Of a stretch of DNA of 64,000 nucleotides, positions 40,595 through 49,567 are shown piece after piece (the first letter of the stretch is position 1; the number at the start of each line of letters is the position of its first letter). A program made the translations under genes and the position numbers. Under the pieces are notes generated by a model that made no database searches, had not been told where the DNA came from, and saw nothing but the letters and a program-made list of their open reading frames with translations. Source of the DNA: a virus (Duplodnaviria > Heunggongvirae > Uroviricota > Caudoviricetes). The DNA is taken from the IMG/VR virus record IMGVR_UViG_3300028886_000065; one strand, given 5' to 3'.

Positions 40595-41467
40595 TTGACA
40601 TATTTTGTAACACTAATTAAAAAGCAAAGCAACATGGCAACAAAAAAGACCATCGTGAATGTTGAGAAGGAAAGTATCGACATTCAGAACCAGAACACCC
40701 AAAACCTTCCTCCCGTGGAGGTCAAAGATGTAACGACAACAAAGGGCAAAGTTTCCGCAAAGTTAAACATTGTGGAACAAACATCTACAGAAGCACAACT
40801 GCAGAAGGTTGACAAAAACCAGCTTTTCAGTGTTGAACTTGTGGACTACTTTTGCCCTGTTAAATTCGATTCTTCTGCGCTGGAGCAGGCTCTTTCCCAG
40901 TTGGTCGCTTCTGGATTGATGAGCGAAGACTCAAAGACTGCCGCAATAGACAAAGCAAAGAGGGAATTTTTAGAGGCTCACGATTCAGAGATAAAAGCCT
41001 CCCAGAATCTCACCTTTGAGGAAGTTGTGGCAAAGCTCATGGAAAATGAGGCTCTGTTTAAAAAAGTCCTTATCGCTTGCAATGTTTCCGACCTTGACAA
41101 GAGTCGATACATCAAAGAAGGAAAAGTCCAAATCTTTCGTGCAAATCAATGTCAAGACAAAGACGGAAACGACCGCTATCAAGACGCGACTCTTTCCAGA
41201 ACTGAAAACGGTGTTGTTTTCTCTGTTCCTCTTTTCGTAGAATACAGAGAGGTAACAACGGGGAATGTTCTCCTTGCAATCCGTTACCATCAAAGCTACT
41301 TGGACGCCGCAAAACGTCTGCTTAATAAGATAGCAGACTATAAACGGATATTGACACAAGTCTTTGAGGCTGCAAAGAAAGCGAAAGACAACGGATTCAA
41401 TCTTGAGCAAGTGACAGAGCAAGTAAAGAAGGCTTTTGAGGAAACGACAGAAACGGAAACAAAGTAA
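40595..41467 (+). CDS. Hypothetical early protein (likely start at 40634, MATKKTIVNV). It is the first gene rightward of the immunity switch.
   Basis: About 278 aa, lysine- and glutamate-rich. It is followed by a strong terminator. Confidence 0.5.
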   Translation: MTYFVTLIKKQSNMATKKTIVNVEKESIDIQNQNTQNLPPVEVKDVTTTKGKVSAKLNIVEQTSTEAQLQKVDKNQLFSVELVDYFCPVKFDSSALEQALSQLVASGLMSEDSKTAAIDKAKREFLEAHDSEIKASQNLTFEEVVAKLMENEALFKKVLIACNVSDLDKSRYIKEGKVQIFRANQCQDKDGNDRYQDATLSRTENGVVFSVPLFVEYREVTTGNVLLAIRYHQSYLDAAKRLLNKIADYKRILTQVFEAAKKAKDNGFNLEQVTEQVKKAFEETTETETK

Positions 41468-41501
41468 CAAAGCAAAAAGTTTCCAGTCCATCACGCAAAC
41501 G

Positions 41502-41556
41502 AGTGGAGGCGAGTCTTTCAAAGATTCACCTCCACTTTTTTCATGCTTTTTTTTTA
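41502..41556 (+). terminator. Rho-independent terminator.
   Basis: AGTGGAGGcgagtctttcaaagattcaCCTCCACTtttttcatgcttttttttt. Confidence 0.65.
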
Positions 41557-42182
41557 GTTGTTACAAAATTTCGGATATTTGGAAAACAGACGAAAGTCTT
41601 TTGTCTGTTATACGTTCGATTCGTATCATTCCACAAAGGAAAGTCTTTTGTTTCTGGAATCCTTGAAAGATAGGATGAATGAAACAAAGGACTTTCGCCA
41701 TTCTTTGACTTATTTAAGCCTCCTCAAAAGTACAAAAGTTAGTTTGACTCTTTCGCCATCTGGTTAAAGAGTTGAACAAACGAGACATGAAACGTTAAGA
41801 GGTTGGAATCCTGCTAACGTCTGCAAATGTTTACGCGATAGATAAACGCTGTAATAAAGTCGTATGACTTCCTTCATCCAGAAAGTTTTCTTTCTCTCTG
41901 GTGAAAAGTTTTCGTGTATCTTTAAACGACTGCAAAGGAAATGTCTTGTCACATAAACTTTCAAGGCTTTTGGGTTTGTGTCCGAAAAGGAAGGCACAAA
42001 GAGTCTATAACACCGAGGCACGAAAAGATATGTCCATAATTGAATTTTATCATTTGGTTCTGGACGGATGGAGAGAGTTTTGCTTTTGCATACTTTCATC
42101 CTTTCGTCCGGGGTAATCTGGCGGGTGAGTTTGAAAGACAACTTTCCCGCTGCAAGTTTCATCTACAAAAGACTTTATCATC

Positions 42183-42647
42183 ATGGAACAAGTTAGAGCA
42201 ATTCCTTCCTCTCTCATGCAACAATGGGAAGAGGAAGCCATGCAGCAAGGACTTTCTTATCTTGAAGTTGGAAACTTCTTCAAGATGAAGGAAAGACTCT
42301 ACTGGCAGAGCAGAGAGGAAAAGAAAGAACGTCCTCACATCTTTGCCAATGCAGCGCGTAACAAGCTCACTGAATATGGTCGTGAGTTTGTTGTGAACTA
42401 CTTTCTTTCCATCCCCGTTGTCGAGCGTACTTGCAAGATAGCAAGGTTTGACATGGAAGATCTGAAAAGAAAGTTACGGAATGGTTTTGCCGATGACCTT
42501 CAACGGCAGAACTTCAACGAAGAGCGTGAACGCTGGTTCATGCATCTGAAGGAAAGGATGAGAGACCTCAGAATCTCAAAAGAGACGATGGAAAGTTTCG
42601 GTCTTTCTTGGAAAGATGCCAAGGCTTTCGCCTTCCAGACTGTTTGA
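42183..42647 (+). CDS. Hypothetical early protein.
   Basis: 154-aa ORF, the first gene of the long plus-strand early operon. Confidence 0.5.
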   Translation: MEQVRAIPSSLMQQWEEEAMQQGLSYLEVGNFFKMKERLYWQSREEKKERPHIFANAARNKLTEYGREFVVNYFLSIPVVERTCKIARFDMEDLKRKLRNGFADDLQRQNFNEERERWFMHLKERMRDLRISKETMESFGLSWKDAKAFAFQTV

Positions 42648-42688
42648 TTACAGACTGGAAGACCAACACACTAAACAAAAGATTCATT

Positions 42689-42865
42689 ATGAAAGACAAA
42701 GTTTTGACCATCATCGCTGCAGCTGGTCTGGTTGCACTCATCATCATTGTTCTGATAAGTAACAGTTCGCTGTTCACTTTGTTCATCCTCTTCTGTTTCT
42801 CTCTGATGGTTCCAGTCAGAAAGTCTGGCCGGAAAGAAGAGAAGCAGAGTACGAGAACGGAATAA
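42689..42865 (+). CDS. Small membrane protein (two predicted TM helices).
   Basis: MKDKVLTIIAAAGLVALIIIVLISNSSLFTLFILFCFSLMVPVRKSGRKEEK. The track ORF 42608..42865 is trimmed here to the likely start. Confidence 0.4.
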   Translation: MKDKVLTIIAAAGLVALIIIVLISNSSLFTLFILFCFSLMVPVRKSGRKEEKQSTRTE

Positions 42866-42903
42866 AGTTCTACTAAAGACGAAAGAAACGATGCTGCATT
42901 GCT

Positions 42904-42939
42904 CTGGAAAGCCTTGTCACTTTCCAGAGTACGAGAACC
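42904..42939 (+). promoter_or_regulatory. Intergenic hairpin-TACGA element 1: CTGGAAAGccttgtcaCTTTCCAG-AGTACGAGAACC.
   Basis: 8-bp stem whose 3' arm ends GGAAAG/CCAG and is followed by AGTACGA, 37 nt upstream of the ATG at 42970. Confidence 0.5.
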
Positions 42940-42969
42940 CTATGTTTAACCCTAAAAAAACTTTCAATT

Positions 42970-43281
42970 ATGATTACCAATGCAGAAAACGCTTACGATG
43001 TTCTAAAAGTTGGAACAAAACTTTATCGCCTCTCGAAAGGCGGTAGAATCATCATCCGCGAGTTCACCATCGTCGGCTCTCATCTTTCCGTTATTCCTTC
43101 CGGCAAGGAAGGTTACGTAGACAGAGACGTACGATATGAAATCGATGGAGATAGCATCTCCTACGTCATAGACTTTGACGAGCGAGAGATTGGCAAGAAC
43201 TATTTCACCACCAAGGCAGAAGTCATCGAGAACTTTGCAGCGCAGAACGGTCTTCGCGTTAAAGTCTTAGAAGATGCATAA
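42970..43281 (+). CDS. Hypothetical early protein.
   Basis: 103-aa ORF, preceded by a hairpin-TACGA element and the A-rich start context. Confidence 0.5.
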   Translation: MITNAENAYDVLKVGTKLYRLSKGGRIIIREFTIVGSHLSVIPSGKEGYVDRDVRYEIDGDSISYVIDFDEREIGKNYFTTKAEVIENFAAQNGLRVKVLEDA

Positions 43282-43288
43282 TGAAAAA

Positions 43289-43328
43289 AACTTCCTGCAT
43301 CCCTACGACCCTTGGAAGTACGAGAACC
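43289..43328 (+). promoter_or_regulatory. Hairpin-TACGA element 2: aACTTCCtgcatccctacgacccttGGAAGT-ACGAGAACC.
   Basis: The stem is CTTCC/GGAAG. TACGA lies 26 nt upstream of the ATG at 43349. Confidence 0.5.
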
Positions 43329-43348
43329 AAACCCTAATCACAAAAAAA

Positions 43349-43588
43349 GATTCAATCATGAAAGATTCAGTCATCATCTGCATCTTGGCTGTTGCCCTTG
43401 CTGGTTCAGCCTTAACAAACATCGGTCTCGCCCGTCAGTCACAGAAGTGGCATGACAGGTTGATAACGACCGCCAAGACTCTCGGCGAAGTACGAGAAGA
43501 GAACAGAGTCCTGCGGCAGAATGCCGAAGGAGAAAAAGCGAGCACGGAACAGAGTCTCGAAGTCCAAGCTTACGAGGCTTTCAAGTGA
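43349..43588 (+). CDS. Small membrane-anchored coiled-coil protein.
   Basis: MKDSVIICILAVALAGSALTNIGLA..., a trimmed form of the track ORF 43274..43588. Confidence 0.4.
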   Translation, partial: DSIMKDSVIICILAVALAGSALTNIGLARQSQKWHDRLITTAKTLGEVREENRVLRQNAEGEKASTEQSLEVQAYEAFK

Positions 43589-43590
43589 AA

Positions 43591-43630
43591 ACAGACTTCC
43601 AGCAGATTAGCGTCTGTTGGAAGTACGATT
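43591..43630 (+). promoter_or_regulatory. Hairpin-TACGA element 3: ACAGACttccagcagattagcGTCTGTtGGAAG-TACGATTATT.
   Basis: 6-bp stem ACAGAC/GTCTGT (the same stem sequence occurs at 41586-41608), with CTTCC...GGAAG flanking and then TACGA. Confidence 0.45.
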
Positions 43631-43653
43631 ATTAAGAACCAAAAGAAATCGCC

Positions 43654-43878
43654 ATGCAGTACTCTTATCTAAGCAACGATGAAAAGAAACTTCTTCGCGA
43701 GCACAAGAGCGTCAAGTTTCAGCCATGGCCAATGACAAAACTCCTGAAGATTAAGAAGGTCTTCATTGGCCAGCCCTTACCTAAGTGGTGCATTTTCTTT
43801 TCGGGTGACTTTGTAGGATATGCCGACACCTACGGCGAATCCCTTGCACTCCGAAAGAAGATGTGGAACAACTGTTAA
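43654..43878 (+). CDS. Hypothetical early protein.
   Basis: 74-aa ORF preceded by a hairpin-TACGA element. Confidence 0.4.
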   Translation: MQYSYLSNDEKKLLREHKSVKFQPWPMTKLLKIKKVFIGQPLPKWCIFFSGDFVGYADTYGESLALRKKMWNNC

Positions 43879-43883
43879 TCCAT

Positions 43884-43920
43884 CTTCCCGCGAACCGATC
43901 TTTGCGGGAAGTACGATATT
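43884..43920 (+). promoter_or_regulatory. Hairpin-TACGA element 4: CTTCCCGCgaaccgatctttGCGGGAAG-TACGATATTATTCAC.
   Basis: 8-bp stem with compensatory inner base pairs. TACGA lies 21 nt upstream of the ATG at 43937. Confidence 0.5.
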
Positions 43921-43936
43921 ATTCACACTAAAAGAT

Positions 43937-44380
43937 TATGGCATTATGGAAGACTACAAAGTTGTAAACGGAATCAGTTTCGACCAGAGGACACCTGACC
44001 AGGTGTGCAACATTCTGGCAAAGTATTCTGGTAACAGAAACCAGAGAGTACGACTATTCTACGGAGATACCACAACGGGAAAAGACTGGTTTGAATCTTA
44101 CGACACAATCGGCTACGTTGGCAGGAGTACGGGAACGGTAAAGATTCCCTTGCTCGTTGCTACTTCAAGAAGTCTTGGCGGCGGCGCGATTCTTGACCAC
44201 TGCATCGTGAGGATAACTGTTGACAAGCAGACCGTCTATCAGCATCCAAACTATCATGCACCCATTGAGAAGCGAGGAAACGAACTCTACGACACTGAGA
44301 AGAATATCTGCATCTACCGCAACCCGAAAGGCGTTGAGCGTGAACTCCAGTTCTTTCTCGGCTCGCGCAACTCCCACTAA
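43937..44380 (+). CDS. Hypothetical early protein.
   Basis: Start MEDYKVVNG, about 148 aa (a trimmed form of the track ORF 43820..44380). Preceded by a hairpin-TACGA element. Confidence 0.45.
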   Translation, partial: YGIMEDYKVVNGISFDQRTPDQVCNILAKYSGNRNQRVRLFYGDTTTGKDWFESYDTIGYVGRSTGTVKIPLLVATSRSLGGGAILDHCIVRITVDKQTVYQHPNYHAPIEKRGNELYDTEKNICIYRNPKGVERELQFFLGSRNSH

Positions 44381-44416
44381 CTTTCCGGGGAAAGAGATTT
44401 CCCCCGAAAGAACGAC
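44381..44416 (+). promoter_or_regulatory. Variant hairpin element: CTTTCCGGGGaaagagatttCCCCCGAAAG-AACGACAAACC.
   Basis: Same architecture as the other elements, but AACGA replaces TACGA. Confidence 0.35.
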
Positions 44417-44439
44417 AAACCAATAAAAACTTTCAACTA

Positions 44440-44604
44440 TGACAGACTACTTTGTTATAACTCCCTACGAGGCTATGCCAAAAGAGGAATTTATCCAGAG
44501 AAAAGAAGAACTTGCAAGCGCAGGAAGAAAGGTTATGGCAGTTGTCTTCAACTGCAAAGACCGAAAAGACTTCCAGCGCAAATACTTTGGCGAGAAATTT
44601 TGTT
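44440..44604 (+). CDS. Hypothetical 54-aa protein, not in the ORF track because it is under 60 aa.
   Basis: MTDYFVITPYEAMPKEEFIQRKEELASAGRKVMAVVFNCKDRKDFQRKYFGEKFC. Preceded by the variant hairpin element and the conserved start context. Confidence 0.35.
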
Positions 44605-44686
44605 AGCGTTGCTTTTTTTAGTGTGTTTGGGTGCGGCCATTTTGATGAATGGACGCACCTTCTATAAACCAAAATTCAATAAGACT

Positions 44687-44920
44687 ATGGAAAGAATAGA
44701 AATGCGTTTCAAGGTCGATTACAAAGGATGGATTGACCGAACGCGAAGGACTTTTGACGATGTGAAAAGTATCTTCGGCGATAGCGACCGCGAGAAGTTC
44801 ACGGCATGGGCTGATAACGCAAAGTATGGTGCAAAGACTAATATCGGAGGTATAAACATTGAACTTGTTCCATCTGAATACGAGATTAGCCAAAGATGTA
44901 GGTATTTCATCAACTTCTGA
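44687..44920 (+). CDS. Hypothetical early protein (start chosen at the conserved aaaattca..ATGGAAAG context).
   Basis: MERIEMRFKVDYKGW..., a trimmed form of the track ORF 44600..44920. Confidence 0.4.
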   Translation: MERIEMRFKVDYKGWIDRTRRTFDDVKSIFGDSDREKFTAWADNAKYGAKTNIGGINIELVPSEYEISQRCRYFINF

Positions 44921-44994
44921 CACTCTCCATCCCATCTGAAACCGAAACTTTCAGGTGGGAACAATGATATTATTCACCTAAAAAATAAACAATT

Positions 44995-45492
44995 ATGGAA
45001 CCGAATGAAAGACTTATTGTAAACCGCTTCAATAATGAGTGTTTTACAATGTGCAAGATTGAAGAAGTTGACGCAGAGATCAACCGCGCAAGAGAGCATT
45101 ATCAGAATGATGTGGAAATATACAAACACCATCTGATATACTATCCCAACATGTCCGACCACTGGCAAAAGCAACTTGAAGTTTGTGAGTCTGTGTTGAA
45201 TGCAGGCTTTGAGGCCATCACTTGGGAAGAGTTTGAAAAGCGTCAGCGAGAAAAGTGGCTGTCAAAAGAGCCGAAAGAAATCACAAGGGAAGAATACTAC
45301 TATGCGCTGAATGTTTTGCCGCCATTAAGATGGATTCAGAATGAGCGCTACTCCATGTTCTTCATAGGAGAGTGTACTACAATGACTTTCTACGGTCAAT
45401 ATCTCTACGACAAAGCCAGCGGCAAATTCTATTATGCTATGGCTGACATCTACGATGAATCCACTTGGCTTGACAAGATGCTCAATCTCTGA
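44995..45492 (+). CDS. Hypothetical early protein.
   Basis: 165-aa ORF with the conserved start context. Confidence 0.5.
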   Translation: MEPNERLIVNRFNNECFTMCKIEEVDAEINRAREHYQNDVEIYKHHLIYYPNMSDHWQKQLEVCESVLNAGFEAITWEEFEKRQREKWLSKEPKEITREEYYYALNVLPPLRWIQNERYSMFFIGECTTMTFYGQYLYDKASGKFYYAMADIYDESTWLDKMLNL

Positions 45493-45556
45493 ACTTATGG
45501 GCGACCTACAATCGCCCACAAGCACCAACTATTAACGAAACATAAAGATTACAACT

Positions 45557-45895
45557 ATGGTAGAAATTCAAAAGAAAGAGTTGAGCCGGGCTATCTATCA
45601 CCACAAGTTAGATGCCAAGTATTCGTGTGAGTGGGTAAGCCACCACGAATGTCGTGGAGAATGGAAACTTGGCTATGAAGTCTTCGGCAAGGAAACTCAC
45701 ATAATCGACTACAAGAATGGTGACACGTTCAAGGTAATTGTCACGGAATACTTCAAGCAAAGATACATCGACACCATACCTGACAATGTGTGGAGGTGTA
45801 GAACCTGCGCCATGCTGCATGGATGCAAACACGTCAGGAAAGACATGGAATGTTTCTGCCCGCTATGGCATACCCAAAAGACTCACACAGCCTAA
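45557..45895 (+). CDS. Hypothetical Cys/His-rich early protein.
   Basis: 112 aa containing CRTCAMLHGCKH and CFCPLWH. Confidence 0.45.
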   Translation: MVEIQKKELSRAIYHHKLDAKYSCEWVSHHECRGEWKLGYEVFGKETHIIDYKNGDTFKVIVTEYFKQRYIDTIPDNVWRCRTCAMLHGCKHVRKDMECFCPLWHTQKTHTA

Positions 45896-45960
45896 AAACT
45901 GTGTGTGTCACAACTTATGATAAAAACATTTTAAGTCTAACCCCCTAAAATTATTCAATT

Positions 45961-46932
45961 ATGACAAACGTTTTATTTGGTAGCAGAAATTCTGCACCCG
46001 TGGCAACTATGCCAACCGTGACCGAGACAACAACCGTTGACAGCACCAAGTTCTTTGACTGGAACGAGAAAGGCTACGGCACACAGCCGCTGACTCTCGA
46101 AATGTTGGAGAGGACTCAGCATGAGAACGATGTGCAAGGAAAGCCCCTCAAGGGTATCTATCACTTCCAACTCATTAACGAGATACTTTCCGCTTGCAAC
46201 GAGTACGGCTATCAGACAGAAGTCTATGACCTCTTTGCCGCACAGAACCGCGACAAGAACATGCCTGGTGTGACAGTTATCCGTCAGGTTGAGGAAAAGT
46301 ATGGCGACAACGCCGTTGAAGCCCATATCCTCAGAAGAGTCTTTGCCAACATTCGCATCAAGGACTTCGACAACTCCGAAACTACCACTGGCTTGGCTAT
46401 TGCCTACCATCAGAAAGGTATTCAGGTAGGTTTCGGCCCGCAGGTAATCATCTGTCACAATCAGTGTATGCTCTCTCCAGAACTTTACATCGCCTCCTAT
46501 GGCGACCGTGGTACTGGTCGTGGCAATGGCTCAGACATCGAAACTATCATCCGCACCGTCCGCGCATGGTTGCAGGATGCACGAAACTTGATCGAGACCG
46601 ACCGCGCAAGGATTGAGCGACTAAAGAACATTGTCGTGACTCCCGAACAGATGTTGATGATTATCGGTCAACTCACGGCAATGCGCGTCAAGTCAGACAC
46701 TTCGCGCAAGACTATCCGCGCCAACATGACCTATCCGCTGAATCAGTCACAGATTACAACTTTCACGGAGGATATGCTGGAGGCTTACGAACTGCATGAC
46801 AGAGTTACGGCATGGGACATCTACAACAGCGCGACGGAGATGTATAAAGCCGACCGCATGGATATTCCACAACTCCTGCCCCAGAACCGCGCAATGGTTG
46901 CCTTCCTCAACGACTGGTTTAATGTCGCTTAA
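45961..46932 (+). CDS. Hypothetical early protein (323 aa).
   Basis: The largest ORF of the first half of the early operon. I recognise no motif. Confidence 0.5.
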   Translation: MTNVLFGSRNSAPVATMPTVTETTTVDSTKFFDWNEKGYGTQPLTLEMLERTQHENDVQGKPLKGIYHFQLINEILSACNEYGYQTEVYDLFAAQNRDKNMPGVTVIRQVEEKYGDNAVEAHILRRVFANIRIKDFDNSETTTGLAIAYHQKGIQVGFGPQVIICHNQCMLSPELYIASYGDRGTGRGNGSDIETIIRTVRAWLQDARNLIETDRARIERLKNIVVTPEQMLMIIGQLTAMRVKSDTSRKTIRANMTYPLNQSQITTFTEDMLEAYELHDRVTAWDIYNSATEMYKADRMDIPQLLPQNRAMVAFLNDWFNVA

Positions 46933-46953
46933 TCTCTATGAGCATGTGAGGAC

Positions 46954-47151
46954 ATGCGAAATCTAACTCTTATGGTTGCTGCGAACCAACCTTCACAGCA
47001 ACCGCACAAACTTTTATATTTTATGCTTATGGAAGAACTAAGATTTTGTTCAGATTGCACGTACTACGTACCTGCGAGATACGAAGTTTGCGCCACCTGC
47101 AGTATTGGTGGCTATGCTAATCACCCTTGTAAGAAATTTAAACACAAGTAA
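46954..47151 (+). CDS. Small zinc-ribbon protein (CSDC...CATC).
   Basis: 65-aa ORF. A likely internal start gives MEELRFCSDCTYYVPARYEVCATCSIGGYANHPC. Confidence 0.3.
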   Translation: MRNLTLMVAANQPSQQPHKLLYFMLMEELRFCSDCTYYVPARYEVCATCSIGGYANHPCKKFKHK

Positions 47152-47156
47152 TATTA

Positions 47157-47560
47157 TGGCAATTATTGAAAACATCTTCGTCAATACGTCTGAAATCGTA
47201 AAGACTCTGAATGACATAGGAGAGCGAAGCCATTCTTCTGACTGGAAAGAAGGTGACGGAGCGAAACTGTACGAACTTCAAGAGGAACTGAAGAAAGAAC
47301 GTGACTTCCTGCAATCTTTCTGGATAACGGAAAAAGGAGAGTCATCACCGCACATTCCGCTTGGAGGCTTGGCTTGCTGGAAATGGGAATCAGCTCTCTA
47401 TGACTTGCCTCTATACCTTCAAGAGTATGCGCTGAAACGATGTGACGGAAAGTTTGGCATCTTCCATGAGCGCGAAAGATGGCTTGAAGAGCTTCAAAAC
47501 GACATCGTACATCTGTTCCACATGTGGCATTTCGACACAAAAGGCTGGACAGCCCTTTAG
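47157..47560 (+). CDS. Hypothetical early protein.
   Basis: MAIIENIFVNTSEIVKTLND..., a trimmed form of the track ORF 47105..47560. Confidence 0.45.
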
Positions 47561-47641
47561 AATCCTCCTTATTGCATACACCTCCACTTGCAAGAACCAA
47601 ACCATTCTTGCAAGCACAACTAACCAAAAAAACATTCAACA

Positions 47642-47841
47642 TTATGGCAAAAAGACAAAAAGAAAACTTCCGATTTCGTTACCTCAAATCGGAAGAAAAG
47701 TTCGTGATTACATTCCTGCGAGGTGAATCACCGCAAGAATGCCATCGTTGCTCGTCATTGGGCGAAGCCTTGGACTACCTACGTGAATGGATAGAACGTC
47801 TTCAACTCACGCAGGAAACATTCACAGTCAAATACTCATAA
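47642..47841 (+). CDS. Hypothetical small protein.
   Basis: MAKRQKENFRFRYLKSEEKFVITFLRGESPQECHRCSSLGEALDYLREWIERLQLTQETFTVKYS. Confidence 0.4.
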
Positions 47842-47852
47842 CATCGGTTACT

Positions 47853-48044
47853 ATGACAATCGGCTACTTTTACAAAGAGTACGAGATAAACGGAACAAAG
47901 TATTATGTAGCTCAGTATGCAAACAAGCCATATTTCGTGAAACTCTGGGAATATGGCTACGTTTATCCTCCACCATGTTACAATGTCGCCATCAGTCGTG
48001 GCTTACGCTCACGCCCAAATCTCAAAAGACTATTTGGAGCATAA
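47853..48044 (+). CDS. Small protein, paralogue A (63 aa).
   Basis: MTIGYFYKEYEINGTKYYVAQYANKPYFVKLWEYGYVYPPPCYNVAISRGLRSRPNLKRLFGA. Confidence 0.45.
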   Translation: MTIGYFYKEYEINGTKYYVAQYANKPYFVKLWEYGYVYPPPCYNVAISRGLRSRPNLKRLFGA

Positions 48045-48087
48045 CAACTCCAATAGTCGCCTCACCTAACCCTAAAATTCAGCAATT

Positions 48088-48615
48088 ATGGAAAAGTATC
48101 TCAAAAGATTGTGCAGGGCTATCCTTGCAGACAGATTCAAAGACGAAAACTTTCGTCAGCGAAAGTTATGGTATGGCAAATACATTCAGACTGAACCTCT
48201 TTTTACGTCATACGGAGCAATCGGTTTCACCGTCGCAGTCTATGACTGTTGGGAACACTTTTGCACCGTGCAATGGGATGGAGATTTACACGAACTTACC
48301 ATTGACGATGAACCTTGGAAAGATTACATCAACGAACTCTACCTTGAAGACTTCGACATCACATCGAATGGCGACGGAGAACTTGAGTGTTATACCGATG
48401 CAGGCGAAGACATGATTATCTCGCTTGACAAGGTACGGAAAAAGAATCTGCAAGAGTACATTGACAATTTCGACATCAACGATACAGTTCTTTCGTGGTG
48501 GCAAAACGGACAGCCTGGCAATGGAGTACCATTCGACAACGTGAAAGAGCACTACGAAGACTACGAAGCCTATCTTAAATGGCTCCAAGGTATCTGTGAC
48601 AAAATGCCGTTCTAA
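48088..48615 (+). CDS. Hypothetical acidic early protein (175 aa).
   Basis: Strongly Asp/Glu-rich. It begins MEKYLKR with the conserved start context. Confidence 0.5.
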   Translation: MEKYLKRLCRAILADRFKDENFRQRKLWYGKYIQTEPLFTSYGAIGFTVAVYDCWEHFCTVQWDGDLHELTIDDEPWKDYINELYLEDFDITSNGDGELECYTDAGEDMIISLDKVRKKNLQEYIDNFDINDTVLSWWQNGQPGNGVPFDNVKEHYEDYEAYLKWLQGICDKMPF

Positions 48616-48617
48616 CT

Positions 48618-48818
48618 ATGACCATCGTAAAGAACTCTAAAGACTACGAGATCAACGGAGAAAAGTATTTCGTAGAGAAGTATGCAGACAAGCCACACTT
48701 CCGTTGGTTCTGGAGGTATGGTAAGTATGGGAACTACGGTCATGGAGCAACCGCGAGAGTTATCAAAGACGGTTTGCTATCACGTCCGAACCTCAAAAGA
48801 CTATTTGCAGCGTCATAA
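48618..48818 (+). CDS. Small protein, paralogue B (66 aa).
   Basis: MTIVKNSKDYEINGEKYFVEKYADKPHFRWFWRYGKYGNYGHGATARVIKDGLLSRPNLKRLFAAS. It matches 47853..48044 through to the stop, and the similarity continues into the downstream intergenic sequence. Confidence 0.5.
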   Translation: MTIVKNSKDYEINGEKYFVEKYADKPHFRWFWRYGKYGNYGHGATARVIKDGLLSRPNLKRLFAAS

Positions 48819-48849
48819 CTGCAGTAGTCGCAAACTAATTCAGATAATT

Positions 48850-49263
48850 ATGGAAAAGAATCTAATTGAATGTCCTATCGACAACAAGAATCTCATGGAA
48901 GACCCATTTGAGGATTCAGAAGAGTTGTTTGGTAATTTCTTTGTTGGAAGAAACCACCGTGTAGGCAGTGAACGCCACTTTGTCGGAGTCGTAGAAGTCT
49001 ATGACGAAGAGTTTCCAAAGTGTGTTAATTCCTCTGGTATTGTAGATGCGTCTTGGAACTATGGCAGCAACACAGTTACAATACATCTGCTTGCTGTTTC
49101 TCCTTGCGAAGACTTTGACACACAACGAGACGAGATTTTCGAGCATTACAAGAAGATTTTCAAGTCTTGGGAATGTGAGGAAAACCCCGGACTCGTTGTA
49201 AGATTTGGCTCAGAGAATGATAAACTCTACGTCCATTTCTATTACGATACTGAAAAGTGCTAA
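48850..49263 (+). CDS. Hypothetical early protein.
   Basis: MEKNLIECPIDNKNLMEDPFEDSEELFGNFF..., a trimmed form of the track ORF 48682..49263. Confidence 0.45.
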   Translation: MEKNLIECPIDNKNLMEDPFEDSEELFGNFFVGRNHRVGSERHFVGVVEVYDEEFPKCVNSSGIVDASWNYGSNTVTIHLLAVSPCEDFDTQRDEIFEHYKKIFKSWECEENPGLVVRFGSENDKLYVHFYYDTEKC

Positions 49264-49327
49264 CTCTCTCACTTGCATTGTCTCTGTAAACGATGCAAGT
49301 ACAATATTCACCAAACATTATTCAGTT

Positions 49328-49504
49328 ATGACCTATCAGGAAAGAAAAGAAGCTGCCCGTCAGGAAGCAATCGACTGGCAGCTGAACGATGCCGACTACC
49401 CCTATTCTTACGAGGGCTTGGCAATCATTGGCAACTACTTCTACAAACTTTCCCGTCGCTTCGGTTTGATACGCGAGTTTCGTGAGAACGGAATCCCCTG
49501 CTAA
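49328..49504 (+). CDS. Hypothetical small protein.
   Basis: MTYQERKEAARQEAIDWQLNDADYPYSYEGLAIIGNYFYKLSRRFGLIREFRENGIPC. Confidence 0.35.
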   Translation: MTYQERKEAARQEAIDWQLNDADYPYSYEGLAIIGNYFYKLSRRFGLIREFRENGIPC

Positions 49505-49510
49505 CTCTAT

Positions 49511-49538
49511 GGTAAGTACGATTGACACCGTGCTTACC
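49511..49538 (+). promoter_or_regulatory. Hairpin GGTAAGTACGattgacacCGTGCTTACC with the GTACGA motif inside the stem. It is followed by the GCTATTGTCT box, which is also found at 49803-49812.
   Basis: 9/10-bp stem. The downstream ccgGCTATTGTCTtattaaaattcag parallels ccctGCTATTGTCTaacaaataaaattcag, which follows the hairpin at 49781-49798. Confidence 0.35.
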
Positions 49539-49567
49539 GGCTATTGTCTTATTAAAATTCAGTTATT

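Noticed and set aside
41764-42162. 132-aa minus-strand ORF in the early-operon leader
   Set aside because: It is oriented opposite to all surrounding transcription and has no promoter or start context. The region looks non-coding and structured. It is kept only as a remote possibility.
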